Positions 19,269 to 28,768 of a stretch of 64,000 nt of DNA are shown piece after piece. Origin of the DNA: Fibrobacteria bacterium. GTDB lineage: Bacteria > Fibrobacterota > Fibrobacteria > UBA11236. The stretch covers positions 13,177 through 77,176 of the forward strand of contig JBGTHM010000030.1 in NCBI GenBank assembly GCA_041746255.1, read 5' to 3'. The position numbers and the translations under genes were made by a program. Position 1 is the first letter of the stretch. Each line of letters opens with the position of its first letter. The notes under the pieces are model-generated. The model did no database searches. It was not told the origin of the DNA and saw only the letters and a program-made list of their open reading frames with translations.

Positions 19269-20072
19269 AAAACCCCGCTCACGCTGTTTTGCCTCCTCCC
19301 AAAGCCGATCTAATATTTCCAGGGAGGGCTTTTCGGCCGCATCAGGGTGTTTTTCCAGCAAAAGATGTTCTAAAATGCGGAAACGGGTGGAAAATTTCTG
19401 ATTGGTGCGGGTTAAGGCTCTTTCGGGATCCACATCCAGTTTTCGCGCCAAATTAATCACCGAGAACAATAAATCGCCCATTTCGGCCAGGATTCCCTCG
19501 GCATTACCTTCCAAAATCTCCCTTTCCAGCTCCCCTAGCTCCTCGCGGATTTTTTCCAACGGGCCCTGCTCATTGGGCCAATCAAATCCCAGCCGGGCCA
19601 CTCTTTTCTGGATTTTTGCAGCCTTGTTGAGAGGGGGGAGTTGGCTGGGCAGATTATCCAGCAGGCTGGGCCTCCCCGCCTCGGAATTTGCCACCCCGGC
19701 TTTTTCGACCTTTTTCAATTCCTCCCATTGATTTTCCACGGCTTTGGATCCGGCCAAAAGCACGTCTCCGAATACATGGGGGTGGCGGCGCACCAACTTG
19801 TCGCATAATTCTTGTACGACATCGTCGATATTGAAGTGGGAGGCTTCGCGGGCCATTTGGGCATGGAATACGACCTGTAGGAGCAAGTCGCCCAATTCTT
19901 CCCGCATATTCGGAACATCTTCGTTTTCCACCGCCTCAATGAATTCATACGTCTCTTCGACCAGGCAGGTGAGAATGCTGGCATGACTTTGCTCCCTGTC
20001 CCAGGGGCAGCCATCGGGGGAGCGCAAGCGCGCCATAATTTCAAGCAGGTCTGAAAAAGCGTATTTCGGCAT
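19218..20072 (-). CDS. mazG: Nucleoside triphosphate pyrophosphohydrolase MazG
   Basis: LRSPDGCPWDREQ, EELGDLLLQVVFH, RRHPHVF and EMGDLLF motifs. Likely start ATG 20072. Confidence 0.96.
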   Translation of the reverse strand: MPKYAFSDLLEIMARLRSPDGCPWDREQSHASILTCLVEETYEFIEAVENEDVPNMREELGDLLLQVVFHAQMAREASHFNIDDVVQELCDKLVRRHPHVFGDVLLAGSKAVENQWEELKKVEKAGVANSEAGRPSLLDNLPSQLPPLNKAAKIQKRVARLGFDWPNEQGPLEKIREELGELEREILEGNAEGILAEMGDLLFSVINLARKLDVDPERALTRTNQKFSTRFRILEHLLLEKHPDAAEKPSLEILDRLWEEAKQRERGFSADNQVIDNKSGKEND

Positions 20073-20214
20073 AGGCGGCAAGGTAGCAAATGGGGCGGAG
20101 GACCACCCCCGGGGTAGCATGGCCCCATTAGAGAAGCCTGGGCAAAATCAAACACCTTGCCTAACTGAACAAAAGTGCATTACTTTTGACTTAAACAGAA
20201 CGTGGGGGACGGTC

Positions 20215-21552
20215 ATGGCAGCTTCGCCTTCGGTAATATATCCAGCTATAAACAAGGGCGCCGAACGCACCGATTTAACCAGCCTGGGAGTTTGCGAATG
20301 CCCTTCGGGGGCTGATTTCTCGGATGCTTTCTTCGGCCCCCGGAGCGAAAAAGAATTATTGGATTGGCTCGGGCTTTACCTGGTACCCGGCATGGGCGCT
20401 TATTCCTTTAATGCCTTGCTGGAAGCCTTTTCTTCGCCGGAAGCCGTCTTTGCCGCCGACGAGGCCCAGCGTAGGGAAAGGCTGCCCTTCCTCCGGGATT
20501 CCCTGAGTCGCGCCCTCTCCTTGGGTCCCTCCCGTGATGCGGCCGAACGCCAACTGGAGAAGTGCCTAAAGTCGGGCGTCCGGGTTTTGCATGAGTCCTT
20601 TGCAGGTTACCCCGTCGCATTGCGGTCGCTTAACGTGCCTCCTCCCTTCCTGTTCGTCAAAGGAGGGCTTATGGATTCCGATATTCGCGCGGCGGCGGTG
20701 GTAGGCACCCGCAATCCCTCGTTACAGGGGAGCCAGGCCGCCAACGAAATGGCGGAAGAACTGGCCTTGTATGGTTTCACCATCGTTTCGGGCCTCGCCC
20801 TGGGCATCGATACTTTAGCCCATGAGGCGGCTTTGAAAAAGGAGAAAAGAACCATCGCAGTCGCGGGAGTGGGTTTCGATCAAATTTATCCTCCCGAAAA
20901 TGCCAACCTTTTCCATCGCATCGTGGAGCAGGGCGCCGTGATTTCAGAATATCCCTTTGGCAGCCAAGTCAGGCGCAGCCATTTCCCCCGGCGCAATCGT
21001 ATCATCAGCGGGTTGAGCCGCGCCGTATTGGTAGTCGAGGCCGGCGCCGACAGCGGCGCCCTCATCACCGCCGACTTCGCCCGCAAGCAAGGGCGACCGG
21101 TATTCGCCCTGCCGGGAGCCTATTACTCCAAGGAAGCCCAGGGTACCAATGATTTGGTAAGACGGGGAGCCGGAGTGATTTGCAGCGTCGACGACTTGCT
21201 GGCTTATTTCGAAAAACTCCATCGAGCCCCGGCTCCACTGAATCCTGAGCAAGGTAAAGAGTTATTTCTGGGAAAAGGGTATTTGCAGCTGAGACCGCGG
21301 CGCAAACGAATGGCCAGGGAGGTGAGTGGAATATCCGTTTTTCCCAACCCTGAGCTGAGCCCGACTGAAAAGACGATAGCCGCGCTTCTGGAAAAAGGAC
21401 CCCTTTCTTTCGATAAACTTTTGGAAGAGACGAAAATACGGTCCGATTCCACAAGCACCGCTGCGGCCGCCACCTTGCCGACCTTGTTGCTGCGACTGGA
21501 AATTAAAAGAGTGATAAAAAAGGAACCGGGAGCGCGTTACGCTCTGGCGTGA
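20215..21552 (+). CDS. dprA: DNA-processing protein DprA
   Basis: AVVGTR, IVSGLALGID, FPRRNRIISGLS, VVEA...SGALIT motifs. Start is uncertain (20119 or 20215). Confidence 0.95.
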   Translation: MAASPSVIYPAINKGAERTDLTSLGVCECPSGADFSDAFFGPRSEKELLDWLGLYLVPGMGAYSFNALLEAFSSPEAVFAADEAQRRERLPFLRDSLSRALSLGPSRDAAERQLEKCLKSGVRVLHESFAGYPVALRSLNVPPPFLFVKGGLMDSDIRAAAVVGTRNPSLQGSQAANEMAEELALYGFTIVSGLALGIDTLAHEAALKKEKRTIAVAGVGFDQIYPPENANLFHRIVEQGAVISEYPFGSQVRRSHFPRRNRIISGLSRAVLVVEAGADSGALITADFARKQGRPVFALPGAYYSKEAQGTNDLVRRGAGVICSVDDLLAYFEKLHRAPAPLNPEQGKELFLGKGYLQLRPRRKRMAREVSGISVFPNPELSPTEKTIAALLEKGPLSFDKLLEETKIRSDSTSTAAAATLPTLLLRLEIKRVIKKEPGARYALA

Positions 21553-21613
21553 AAGCGCCCAAACATATTACTATTAAGGGAGGATCTTCCCAGACGCCAA
21601 CCGCTGGTACTCC

Positions 21614-21994
21614 ATGGCAAAAATCGTAAACAAGCGCCCATTGAACTCTACGTCGAAACCGGCACCCGCTTCTCCGGCTAAAAAAAATATCAAGTGGATT
21701 CGATACGCCCTTATCCTTTTGTTAGGGGTTTTGCTTCTGGGTGAATGGAACGGAACCAGCGGCTTGCGGAATATGCTCCGCTTGCGTATGGTCACGAACG
21801 ATCAACGGGAGCAGATGGCGGAGTTGGCCGAAAAGCAGAAGGCGTTGGCCTTGGAGAAGGCCAAACTGGAATCGGACAGCGCTTATTTGGAAAATGTCGC
21901 GCGTAAGGAATTGGGAATGGCGCGTCCTGACGAGAAGGTTTTCCGTTACGTCCCCTCCGCGAAACCCGGTCCAGTCAAAAACCGCCGGGAGTAA
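21614..21994 (+). CDS. ftsB: Septum formation initiator FtsB/DivIC family
   Basis: Single TM, coiled coil and LENVARKELGMARPDEKVF. Confidence 0.88.
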   Translation: MAKIVNKRPLNSTSKPAPASPAKKNIKWIRYALILLLGVLLLGEWNGTSGLRNMLRLRMVTNDQREQMAELAEKQKALALEKAKLESDSAYLENVARKELGMARPDEKVFRYVPSAKPGPVKNRRE

Positions 21995-22009
21995 CGCGGA
22001 AGGTCTCTC

Positions 22010-22588
22010 TCAATTCTTAACGACCTCGGGCCCTTTTAAGTGGGTTTTCTGTTTATCCTTACAGGCCACGATATAGCCGGCGGTGATGCCGTCCATATAG
22101 AAGCGCGAAAAGGTCATCACTCCATGCAGGGTTTTTCCGTAGCGGGTTTCCTGTGTCGCCTCCACTTGCAGACATTTGTCCTGCCAGGGGGAACGGATGA
22201 GGTTTTCGAGCGAGGAATCGCTGCTGAGAAGCTTGGAAGCCAATTTGGATAGCGATTTACCCAACATATCCACCTGGGTATAGCCATAGAGATTACGGGC
22301 ACCGTCACTCCAGGCGATGACCTTCAGTTCGGCATCGGTTACCATGACTGCGGGACCGAGGTTATTCCGATAGGCGGCCGCTGCACGTAAAGCGCGGGTA
22401 TAAATTTCCTCATCCAAGGCTTCGGGCGAAATCCCGATTTCCTCCACATAGCGCATGACACTTTCTTCGGTCAAACGCCGGGGGCCTCTTCCGATTCTTT
22501 CAAAGGGCATACGCCCCTGGTCCAGCCAGTTGATCACGGTTTGGGCTGAGACGTGGAATAATTTTGCAACTTCCCCAGTCGTTAACAT
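22010..22588 (-). CDS. Excisionase-like (HTH_17/MerR-type) DNA-binding domain fused to a PAS domain
   Basis: MLTTGEVAKLFHVSAQTVINW...RRL at the N-terminus; VIAWSDGARNLYGYTQVDMLGKSL PAS signature; AGGAG SD. Confidence 0.85.
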   Translation of the reverse strand: MLTTGEVAKLFHVSAQTVINWLDQGRMPFERIGRGPRRLTEESVMRYVEEIGISPEALDEEIYTRALRAAAAYRNNLGPAVMVTDAELKVIAWSDGARNLYGYTQVDMLGKSLSKLASKLLSSDSSLENLIRSPWQDKCLQVEATQETRYGKTLHGVMTFSRFYMDGITAGYIVACKDKQKTHLKGPEVVKN

Positions 22589-22850
22589 TTTGCGGCTCCT
22601 AGACTTCTATTGCTTCCGGATGGCCCGGGTGCGGGTGTTTTCCTGCTCCATATTATCAACTAGGTCTGGAGATTTTTCAACGAGTTTCTTTTTTAGGGAA
22701 ATCCAGGCAACCAACGTTTCGATCACGCTAAAGGAAATCCGTTCCCGAAAACCGGTACCGCCTGGGGAGCGTCCCTGCTCGTAAAAAAAATAATAACTAA
22801 AGATTCGGAATAACATCAAATTTCACTAGTTCCCTAGAAAATCGCCGCTA

Positions 22851-22876
22851 CCGGAAGTTTTTCCGGATGTTATAAT
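22851..22876 (+). promoter_or_regulatory. Palindrome CCGGAA-N4-TTCCGG adjacent to a perfect extended -10 (TGtTATAAT)
   Basis: Palindrome at 22851-22866; TG-T-TATAAT at 22868-22876. Confidence 0.65.
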
Positions 22877-22966
22877 CACAGTGTTCTGTAAAAGGGAGAG
22901 GATTTCCGTATCGACACGCAGATAACCCGTCCCGTTTCGGTTTTCTTCCTGGGTCACGATTCCGCT

Positions 22967-23896
22967 TTGGAAGAACGGTTACGTGAGTATTACCGGTTTT
23001 GTCCGTGGGCGGAGGAATATGGGGTCGAGCCCCGTTTTGAAGTCTACCAGAGGGGAGACGAAGCCGCGGATTCGCTACCGGATATTCGGGGTCTGATTTA
23101 TTTGGAAACCGGGGCAAATCCGGAGGAAGTCCGCTTGCTTATCGAGAGCATCCGGAAACGGAATCCCAAGCTGCAAATCGTCCTGATGGTGGACTCCTCC
23201 TTCGATTATTTCGCCCTCGCCCGTTCCTACCGGATTGGTAACCTCGTGCGTAAGGACGCTTTCGATGGAGATCTTCTTCGAGCTCTGTCAATCCGGCTGC
23301 TTACAGGGAATATTTTCGGTTTCGGCCCCTATTTTCCCCATGGGTTCGTGATCGGGCCACTCTACCGCACCTATAGGGGAAAAGTCGTTTTGGAGGAGGT
23401 TTTACAGGAAACTTTCCAGTTCTTTCAGCCCTATGTCAATCCGGACGAGAAGGGCACTTTCAAGATGTTTCTACATGAGCTCTTGACCAACACTTTTGCC
23501 TATGCTCTGGAAGGGATTACCCCTGAAGATCGGGACACTAAGCTGTTGCCGCCTTCCCCCGTCTTGGAGGTGCCCGATCGCCGCGCTATCAAGGTCAGTC
23601 TGGCGGTGGATGAGGAAAAAATCGGGTTTTCCATTCAAGATTCCACCGGAAATTTAAGTATGCTGCGCGTTCTGGATAAATTGCGCCGGCAATCTTGCAT
23701 AGGCGACGAAAAGCTGCCACCGGGGGTTTGGGACGAAAGTGGCCGTGGCATGTCACTGGTCTACCGATATAGCCGTTTTATCGTCAATATCCTGAGGGGA
23801 GTGAGGACTGAAACCATTTTCCTGCAATATCGCAAACAGGAACTGAACCGTTTTGAAAGCGTCATTATCACCGAAGTGACACCAGAATACTTGTAA
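22967..23896 (+). CDS. Degenerate receiver-like domain plus HATPase_c (anti-sigma factor kinase-like) domain protein
   Basis: C-terminal HELLTNTFAYA (N-box), FSIQDSTG (G1) and DESGRGMSLV (G2); N-terminal IRKRNPKLQIVLM receiver-like segment. The start may be 22910. Confidence 0.7.
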   Translation: MEERLREYYRFCPWAEEYGVEPRFEVYQRGDEAADSLPDIRGLIYLETGANPEEVRLLIESIRKRNPKLQIVLMVDSSFDYFALARSYRIGNLVRKDAFDGDLLRALSIRLLTGNIFGFGPYFPHGFVIGPLYRTYRGKVVLEEVLQETFQFFQPYVNPDEKGTFKMFLHELLTNTFAYALEGITPEDRDTKLLPPSPVLEVPDRRAIKVSLAVDEEKIGFSIQDSTGNLSMLRVLDKLRRQSCIGDEKLPPGVWDESGRGMSLVYRYSRFIVNILRGVRTETIFLQYRKQELNRFESVIITEVTPEYL

Positions 23897-24133
23897 ATCG
23901 CCTTATCCAAGGTTCCCACGACCTTGAAAACAGGGCGTTCCCTGACTTTTCCACCATGAATTATTGCTGTTGTTAACGCGCTATCAACATTTGTTGATAA
24001 GTGTCTTTTTTTGGCAGGAGAAAAAATACAATTGAAATAAATAGTTAGATTTTCGAGCCTTTCGAACTCTTTGGCAATTCATTCGGAATCGCTGAGAGAG
24101 GTTCGCTGGTTGAATTAACAAAGGAGAGCATGG

Positions 24134-25342
24134 GTGATTAAATCCATAATGATGTACGCGCAGAAACCCTTGGCGGGCGCCATGGGAATGTTGCTAATCT
24201 CGGTTTTGACGGTTCAAGCGCAAACCGATTTTCTAACTCCGGGTTTCGGGCAGGCCTCGCCTTCGCTGAATGCAGGTCCGCAAGCGCCCCGTACGGAGCT
24301 GTACGAAGGCGTGGTCAAAAGTAATGTGGCGGCCGACAATACGGTTACCGATTACACTCGACTCCCTCACCTCCTTGGGGGCAGGCAATACATCGCCGGT
24401 TTTGGCGACCTCGATCTGGTGAACGCCGCCTTCGCCTTTGGTGATTCCCACATGAATTGGTTCGGTTTGGCGCGCAGCAGCGCGGATGAGGATGAATTGC
24501 GCGCCGGTGTCGCCTTCGGAGACGCCTTCGGGGCCGGTCTCATTTTGGCGTTAAACCGGGAGCATATCGAAGGGGGCGCTCCGGCTACCATAACCCATGA
24601 AGGGCAGGGTTTCGGATTGTTCGGCAGCTTCAACTTGGGTGGAAGTTCGGTTTACGGTGAAGCGGCTCTTTACACGGGGTTCGCTAATCTGTCCGACAAC
24701 GTGCATAATTCCATCAATCCCGAAACCGGTGACCCTACCAACTTCTCGAAATTTCATTTTGTGGCTGGATGGAATATGCAGGCTCAAGCGCAAGGGGACC
24801 ATGCCATGAACGCCGAGCTTTCCTTCGGTTTGAGCAGCGGTGAAGTTCCGGGACCTCCCGCTTTTGAACCAAGCCGGACCGACATCGCACTCTGGTTTCA
24901 GCACGGCTATCTCATGCTCCAACGGGACGGATTTTCCGTTTTCGCAGGAAGCAATAATGGATTCGTTTACGCCGCTGCCGAACAATTGACCGCCGGCGGC
25001 CCCGATCTGAGCGGCATGGCGTTCGCTATATCCCCCAACATGGCTTTCCAGAAAACCCTGCCCAAGGGATTTGAAGTCCAAGCCGGCATTTCCGCTACCC
25101 TGGCGTATCTCTCGGGTTTGGCGGGCACAAACCTAGACCAAGACGAGACCCTCCTCATTACGGGCGATACCCCCTTTCAACGGGCCACCGGCGCCGACAT
25201 GTCGGTGGGCTTGCGTTGGCAACATGAGAATTTCGCCTTCGAAGGAAGCGTGCAGGAAACCCTGCTTTCCAACGGCCCCCAATTCATCGGCGGTGGCGCT
25301 CCCGGTCTCTTCGGTCAAATCGGAATGACGGTCGGTTTTTGA
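24134..25342 (+). CDS. Putative outer membrane beta-barrel protein
   Basis: Signal peptide (…TVQA), alternating Gly/aromatic beta-strands, C-terminal Phe (GQIGMTVGF) and AAGGAG SD. Confidence 0.75.
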   Translation: MIKSIMMYAQKPLAGAMGMLLISVLTVQAQTDFLTPGFGQASPSLNAGPQAPRTELYEGVVKSNVAADNTVTDYTRLPHLLGGRQYIAGFGDLDLVNAAFAFGDSHMNWFGLARSSADEDELRAGVAFGDAFGAGLILALNREHIEGGAPATITHEGQGFGLFGSFNLGGSSVYGEAALYTGFANLSDNVHNSINPETGDPTNFSKFHFVAGWNMQAQAQGDHAMNAELSFGLSSGEVPGPPAFEPSRTDIALWFQHGYLMLQRDGFSVFAGSNNGFVYAAAEQLTAGGPDLSGMAFAISPNMAFQKTLPKGFEVQAGISATLAYLSGLAGTNLDQDETLLITGDTPFQRATGADMSVGLRWQHENFAFEGSVQETLLSNGPQFIGGGAPGLFGQIGMTVGF

Positions 25343-25384
25343 TATCTTGAGGCGGTCGTATCCAGGGCCGCCTCACCTTTTCCC

Positions 25385-25861
25385 ATGCTGATAAGACTTG
25401 ACCAAACCCTTATCGACTCGGTCCTGAAAAGGGCTCGCATCAGCCCCCGTAAAAGGGCCAACCACAATTTCCATCTACCCCATGAAACGCTACAACGGAT
25501 GTTGAATGTAGCGCTGCGTGACTCGTATTTTCGGCCACATAAACATGAGAACCCCGATAAACGCGAAATATTCACTCTATTGAAGGGGCGGGTGGCTATC
25601 ATCCTGTTCAAGGATAACGGCGGGGTACAAGAAGCGGCCTATCTCAATGAAGGCGGACCGGTGTTACAGGTGGAAATTCCCCCAAGGCAGTGGCATACCG
25701 TGGTGGTGATGTCTGAAGAGGCTGTGCTCTACGAAATTATCGAGGGAGCCTATGACCCGCGCACCCACAAGCAATTCGCTGATTTCGCCCCTGCCGAAGG
25801 GGCCCCCGGTGCAGCGGAATATTTACAAAGCCTACGGGAAAGTTTGGCCCATGAGGCATAA
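25385..25861 (+). CDS. WbuC-family cupin metalloprotein
   Basis: SPRKRANHNFH...QRMLN...RPHKH...E...WHT motifs. Confidence 0.88.
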   Translation: MLIRLDQTLIDSVLKRARISPRKRANHNFHLPHETLQRMLNVALRDSYFRPHKHENPDKREIFTLLKGRVAIILFKDNGGVQEAAYLNEGGPVLQVEIPPRQWHTVVVMSEEAVLYEIIEGAYDPRTHKQFADFAPAEGAPGAAEYLQSLRESLAHEA

Positions 25862-25862
25862 A

Positions 25863-26237
25863 TTACGGCTTGGGCACCACACGTATCTTAACTTTCCGGG
25901 ATGTCAGGGACGAACGATTGTCGGAGGCCCAAACCAGGGTGGAGTCGATCGAGACTCCGTATACGCGCAAACCGTTGGGCGTGGCGATTTGCTCGGCATC
26001 GCTATGGACTTTGATATCGGTATAGTTATTGAGGGTGGTAATTTGGCCTCGTTGATTGGCCGTGACTTTGGTGAAAACCAGAGGGGCGGTGCTATCTCCG
26101 ACCGCCACTTCCAAATCTCCCCCTTCATAATGCAACCCGGGTGCATGCCCGGGATCGGTGGCGCATCCCATGAATAAACCGGCGACGGAAAGAGAAAAAA
26201 AGCATAGTAGTATGTGGAATGAAACTGGGCTTGGCAT
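25863..26237 (-). CDS. Putative lipoprotein with an Ig-like domain
   Basis: From ATG 26237, a hydrophobic stretch ends in a lipobox-like LFMG-C, followed by the beta-rich LEVAVGDST...KVKIRVVP. Confidence 0.55.
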   Translation of the reverse strand: MPSPVSFHILLCFFSLSVAGLFMGCATDPGHAPGLHYEGGDLEVAVGDSTAPLVFTKVTANQRGQITTLNNYTDIKVHSDAEQIATPNGLRVYGVSIDSTLVWASDNRSSLTSRKVKIRVVPKP

Positions 26238-26337
26238 AAAAAGATTCGCTGTATTTTCGGGTGATAATGCAACTCCAATATAAAAATCCCAGAGCAGGGT
26301 CTTTGCATCGCTACTTAGAAAAGAGAATAATGCACGC

Positions 26338-27222
26338 ATGATGCTGCCCTTGCCGGTACTTATCCTTCCCCTTGTGGCGGCCTTGCTCTATGCCTTAGCC
26401 ATAACGCTTCTCAAGCGGGCTGTGGGCTTTACCGGTGATTTATGGGGAATGATTCTGGTAATCAATGGAATCGTAGTCCTAACCTACTTCCCTCTGTTTT
26501 TCCTGGATGGCTCTCCCATACCCTGGCATTTGACCTACCAACCCGCCCTGGTTGGGCTGTTTTTTTTACTAGGTCAAGTGTTCGCCTTCAAGGCGGTCGT
26601 CCAAGGCGACCTGAGTGTCGCGACTCCGGCCCTGGGGTCGAAAATTTTGATAGTCGCGGTGTTGTCCGTCTTCTTGTTGGAAGACTCGGTTGCCTGGACT
26701 TGGTGGTTGGCGGCTATTCTGGCCATGGTCGCATTCATCTTGCTAGGGATCGGACAGCCGGGTAAACGCAGAAATACGGCGGTTACGCTGCTGCTTTCCA
26801 TCCTGGCCGCGTTGCAATTCGCAATGGTCGATATCCTGGTGCAGAAATGGGCGCCGCATTGGGGCGTCCCCCGGTTTCTTTTCTTTTTCTCGGTGGCCGG
26901 GGCGGTTTACGCGCTGGCGCTATTGCCATGCGTATCCCGCTCCCGATTGCGCTATGCCGCTCGAGATTGGAAATGGCTGCTTTGGGGTTCGCTTTTCTTC
27001 GCTTTACAGGGCCTGGCTTTGGGGTGGGTAGTGGGCTATTATGGGATGGCTACGGTGGTGAACATTGTGTATAGTTCGCGGGGAATTTGGAATATTTTGC
27101 TGGTGCTGGCGATTGGCGCCCAACTTGGAAATCCGGAATTCGCAGGTGGAAAAAAAATCCTGGCGTTTCGTGTGGTGGGCGCCTTGCTGATTTCAGCGGC
27201 CATCGCCCTGGTTTCTATTTGA
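26338..27222 (+). CDS. EamA/DMT-family transporter
   Basis: About 10 TM segments in two halves; GDLSVATP motif. Confidence 0.85.
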   Translation: MMLPLPVLILPLVAALLYALAITLLKRAVGFTGDLWGMILVINGIVVLTYFPLFFLDGSPIPWHLTYQPALVGLFFLLGQVFAFKAVVQGDLSVATPALGSKILIVAVLSVFLLEDSVAWTWWLAAILAMVAFILLGIGQPGKRRNTAVTLLLSILAALQFAMVDILVQKWAPHWGVPRFLFFFSVAGAVYALALLPCVSRSRLRYAARDWKWLLWGSLFFALQGLALGWVVGYYGMATVVNIVYSSRGIWNILLVLAIGAQLGNPEFAGGKKILAFRVVGALLISAAIALVSI

Positions 27223-27336
27223 TTTTGTATTTAAAGTACGCGGTAGCCAGGGTCTCCGACGCAGTTGAGCGAGGCTTGCTATCGGTTAACAGCCTTAAAA
27301 CGGCAACATCTTTTCACACCCGGTATCGGAGGATTC

Positions 27337-28080
27337 ATGAAATCATTATTGGTCGCGGCGTTGCTGGCACTGGGAGCCACTGCCGCTCCTTCAGATTTTC
27401 AGGGAGTCATCGACATGGACATCGCCTTGTCGGCGGGCAAAGGGCAATTGCAATTGAAAGTGGGAGAGCCCGCCACCCGTATCGACATGAGCCTGGAAAT
27501 CAAGCCCTTACCCCAACCCCTTCGCTTCGCCTTGCTCCTGAAAAATGACAATATGAAAACCCTTTATATGATAAGCGATCATACCCGCTCCTACAGTGAA
27601 ATCGATATCAGCGACAAGGTTGCGGGTAATGAAGAAAAGGGCGGGCCCTACGTTATCAAAGTCGTAGGAAACGAGAAAAGATTGGGCTATAATACCACCG
27701 TGGTGGAAATGACGCGACCCGGCGAGCAGGTCAAACTTTGGGTAAGCAAGGATATCGGCATCTATTCCATCTTCAAAAGGTTGCAGGCCGCCAATCCCCA
27801 GCTGGGAGGCCAAGCTGAAATCCTGTCCGCGTTGGAAAAAGCCGGCCATGCGGGTTTCCCGATGAAATCAGTGATTACCCAAGACGGAGAAACCGTCACG
27901 CTGGAAGTGAAGAAAGTGGAAAAAAAGAAAATCCCTGTATCCGAAGTCTCCCTTCCCGCCGGTTATACCCAGGCAGCCATTTCCCCGGGCGCGTCAGGAG
28001 CCGGCATGCCGAAAGTCTCGCCTGAGCAACTTGAAGCCATGCAGAAAATGCTGGAGGATGTGCTCAAGGGTCAACAATAA
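27337..28080 (+). CDS. Secreted DUF4412-like protein
   Basis: GGAGG SD, signal peptide MKSLLVAALLALGATAA, then GNEKRLGYNT...LWVSKDI...GFPMK...LPAGY pattern. Confidence 0.75.
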   Translation: MKSLLVAALLALGATAAPSDFQGVIDMDIALSAGKGQLQLKVGEPATRIDMSLEIKPLPQPLRFALLLKNDNMKTLYMISDHTRSYSEIDISDKVAGNEEKGGPYVIKVVGNEKRLGYNTTVVEMTRPGEQVKLWVSKDIGIYSIFKRLQAANPQLGGQAEILSALEKAGHAGFPMKSVITQDGETVTLEVKKVEKKKIPVSEVSLPAGYTQAAISPGASGAGMPKVSPEQLEAMQKMLEDVLKGQQ

Positions 28081-28081
28081 C

Positions 28082-28768
28082 ATGTTTTTTTTCGTGGGGC
28101 GGCAGCCAGACGACGAAAGTTGCGGCATCACCTGCCTCCAGTCCATTTACCGTTTTTACGGGCATGAAATATCCTGGGAACGTCTAGCAGGCGAGATCGA
28201 GCATTGGCGAACCGGGGGCACGGTGAATGTGAACCTGGCGCGTCATGCCTTGCGCGAAGGTTTCTCCGCCGAAATCTGCACCTATAACATCCGCATATTC
28301 GATCCCACTTGGAGAGGCTTATCTTCCGGGGAGCTTTCGCACAAACTAAAGCTCCGTCAGGCGAAAATGCGGAGTAAGAAACAGAAAATGGTCATCGGTT
28401 TCTACCTCGACTTTCTGGAACGGGGGGGAGTCATCCGGTTCGACGACCTTAACGAAGGTCTTTTCGATACCCTGTTCGAGGAAAACCGACCTATCATCGT
28501 AGGACTTTCGGCGACCTATCTCTATCAAAGCATGCGGGAAACGCCCAATAACGTGGACAACGACATCATTGGCCAGCCCGTGGGTCATTTCGTGGTGGTT
28601 TCGGGTTGGGACCGTGCCAGGCGCGAAGTCATCATCCACGATCCTCTGCGCAAGAATCCCATCGCGGAGTCCGGCAATTACAACCTCCCCTTCACCAAGT
28701 TCAGCAACGCCGTTATGTTGGGCATCATCACTTACGACGAAAACCTCCTTATCATTTCAAAAAAATGA
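28082..28768 (+). CDS. Papain-like C39-family peptidase
   Basis: QPDDESCGITCL (Gln/Cys) and GHFVVVSGWD...IHDP (His/Asp). ATG 28082 lies 1 nt after the upstream stop. Confidence 0.85.
   Translation: MFFFVGRQPDDESCGITCLQSIYRFYGHEISWERLAGEIEHWRTGGTVNVNLARHALREGFSAEICTYNIRIFDPTWRGLSSGELSHKLKLRQAKMRSKKQKMVIGFYLDFLERGGVIRFDDLNEGLFDTLFEENRPIIVGLSATYLYQSMRETPNNVDNDIIGQPVGHFVVVSGWDRARREVIIHDPLRKNPIAESGNYNLPFTKFSNAVMLGIITYDENLLIISKK

Noticed and set aside
19218..20072. MazG as part of a toxin-antitoxin or antiphage system
   Set aside because: It is a full tandem-domain housekeeping MazG with no mazEF or defence genes adjacent.
22010..22588. Excisionase suggesting a prophage or integrative element
   Set aside because: The HTH is fused to PAS, and there is no integrase, att-like repeat or phage gene, so it is a regulator.
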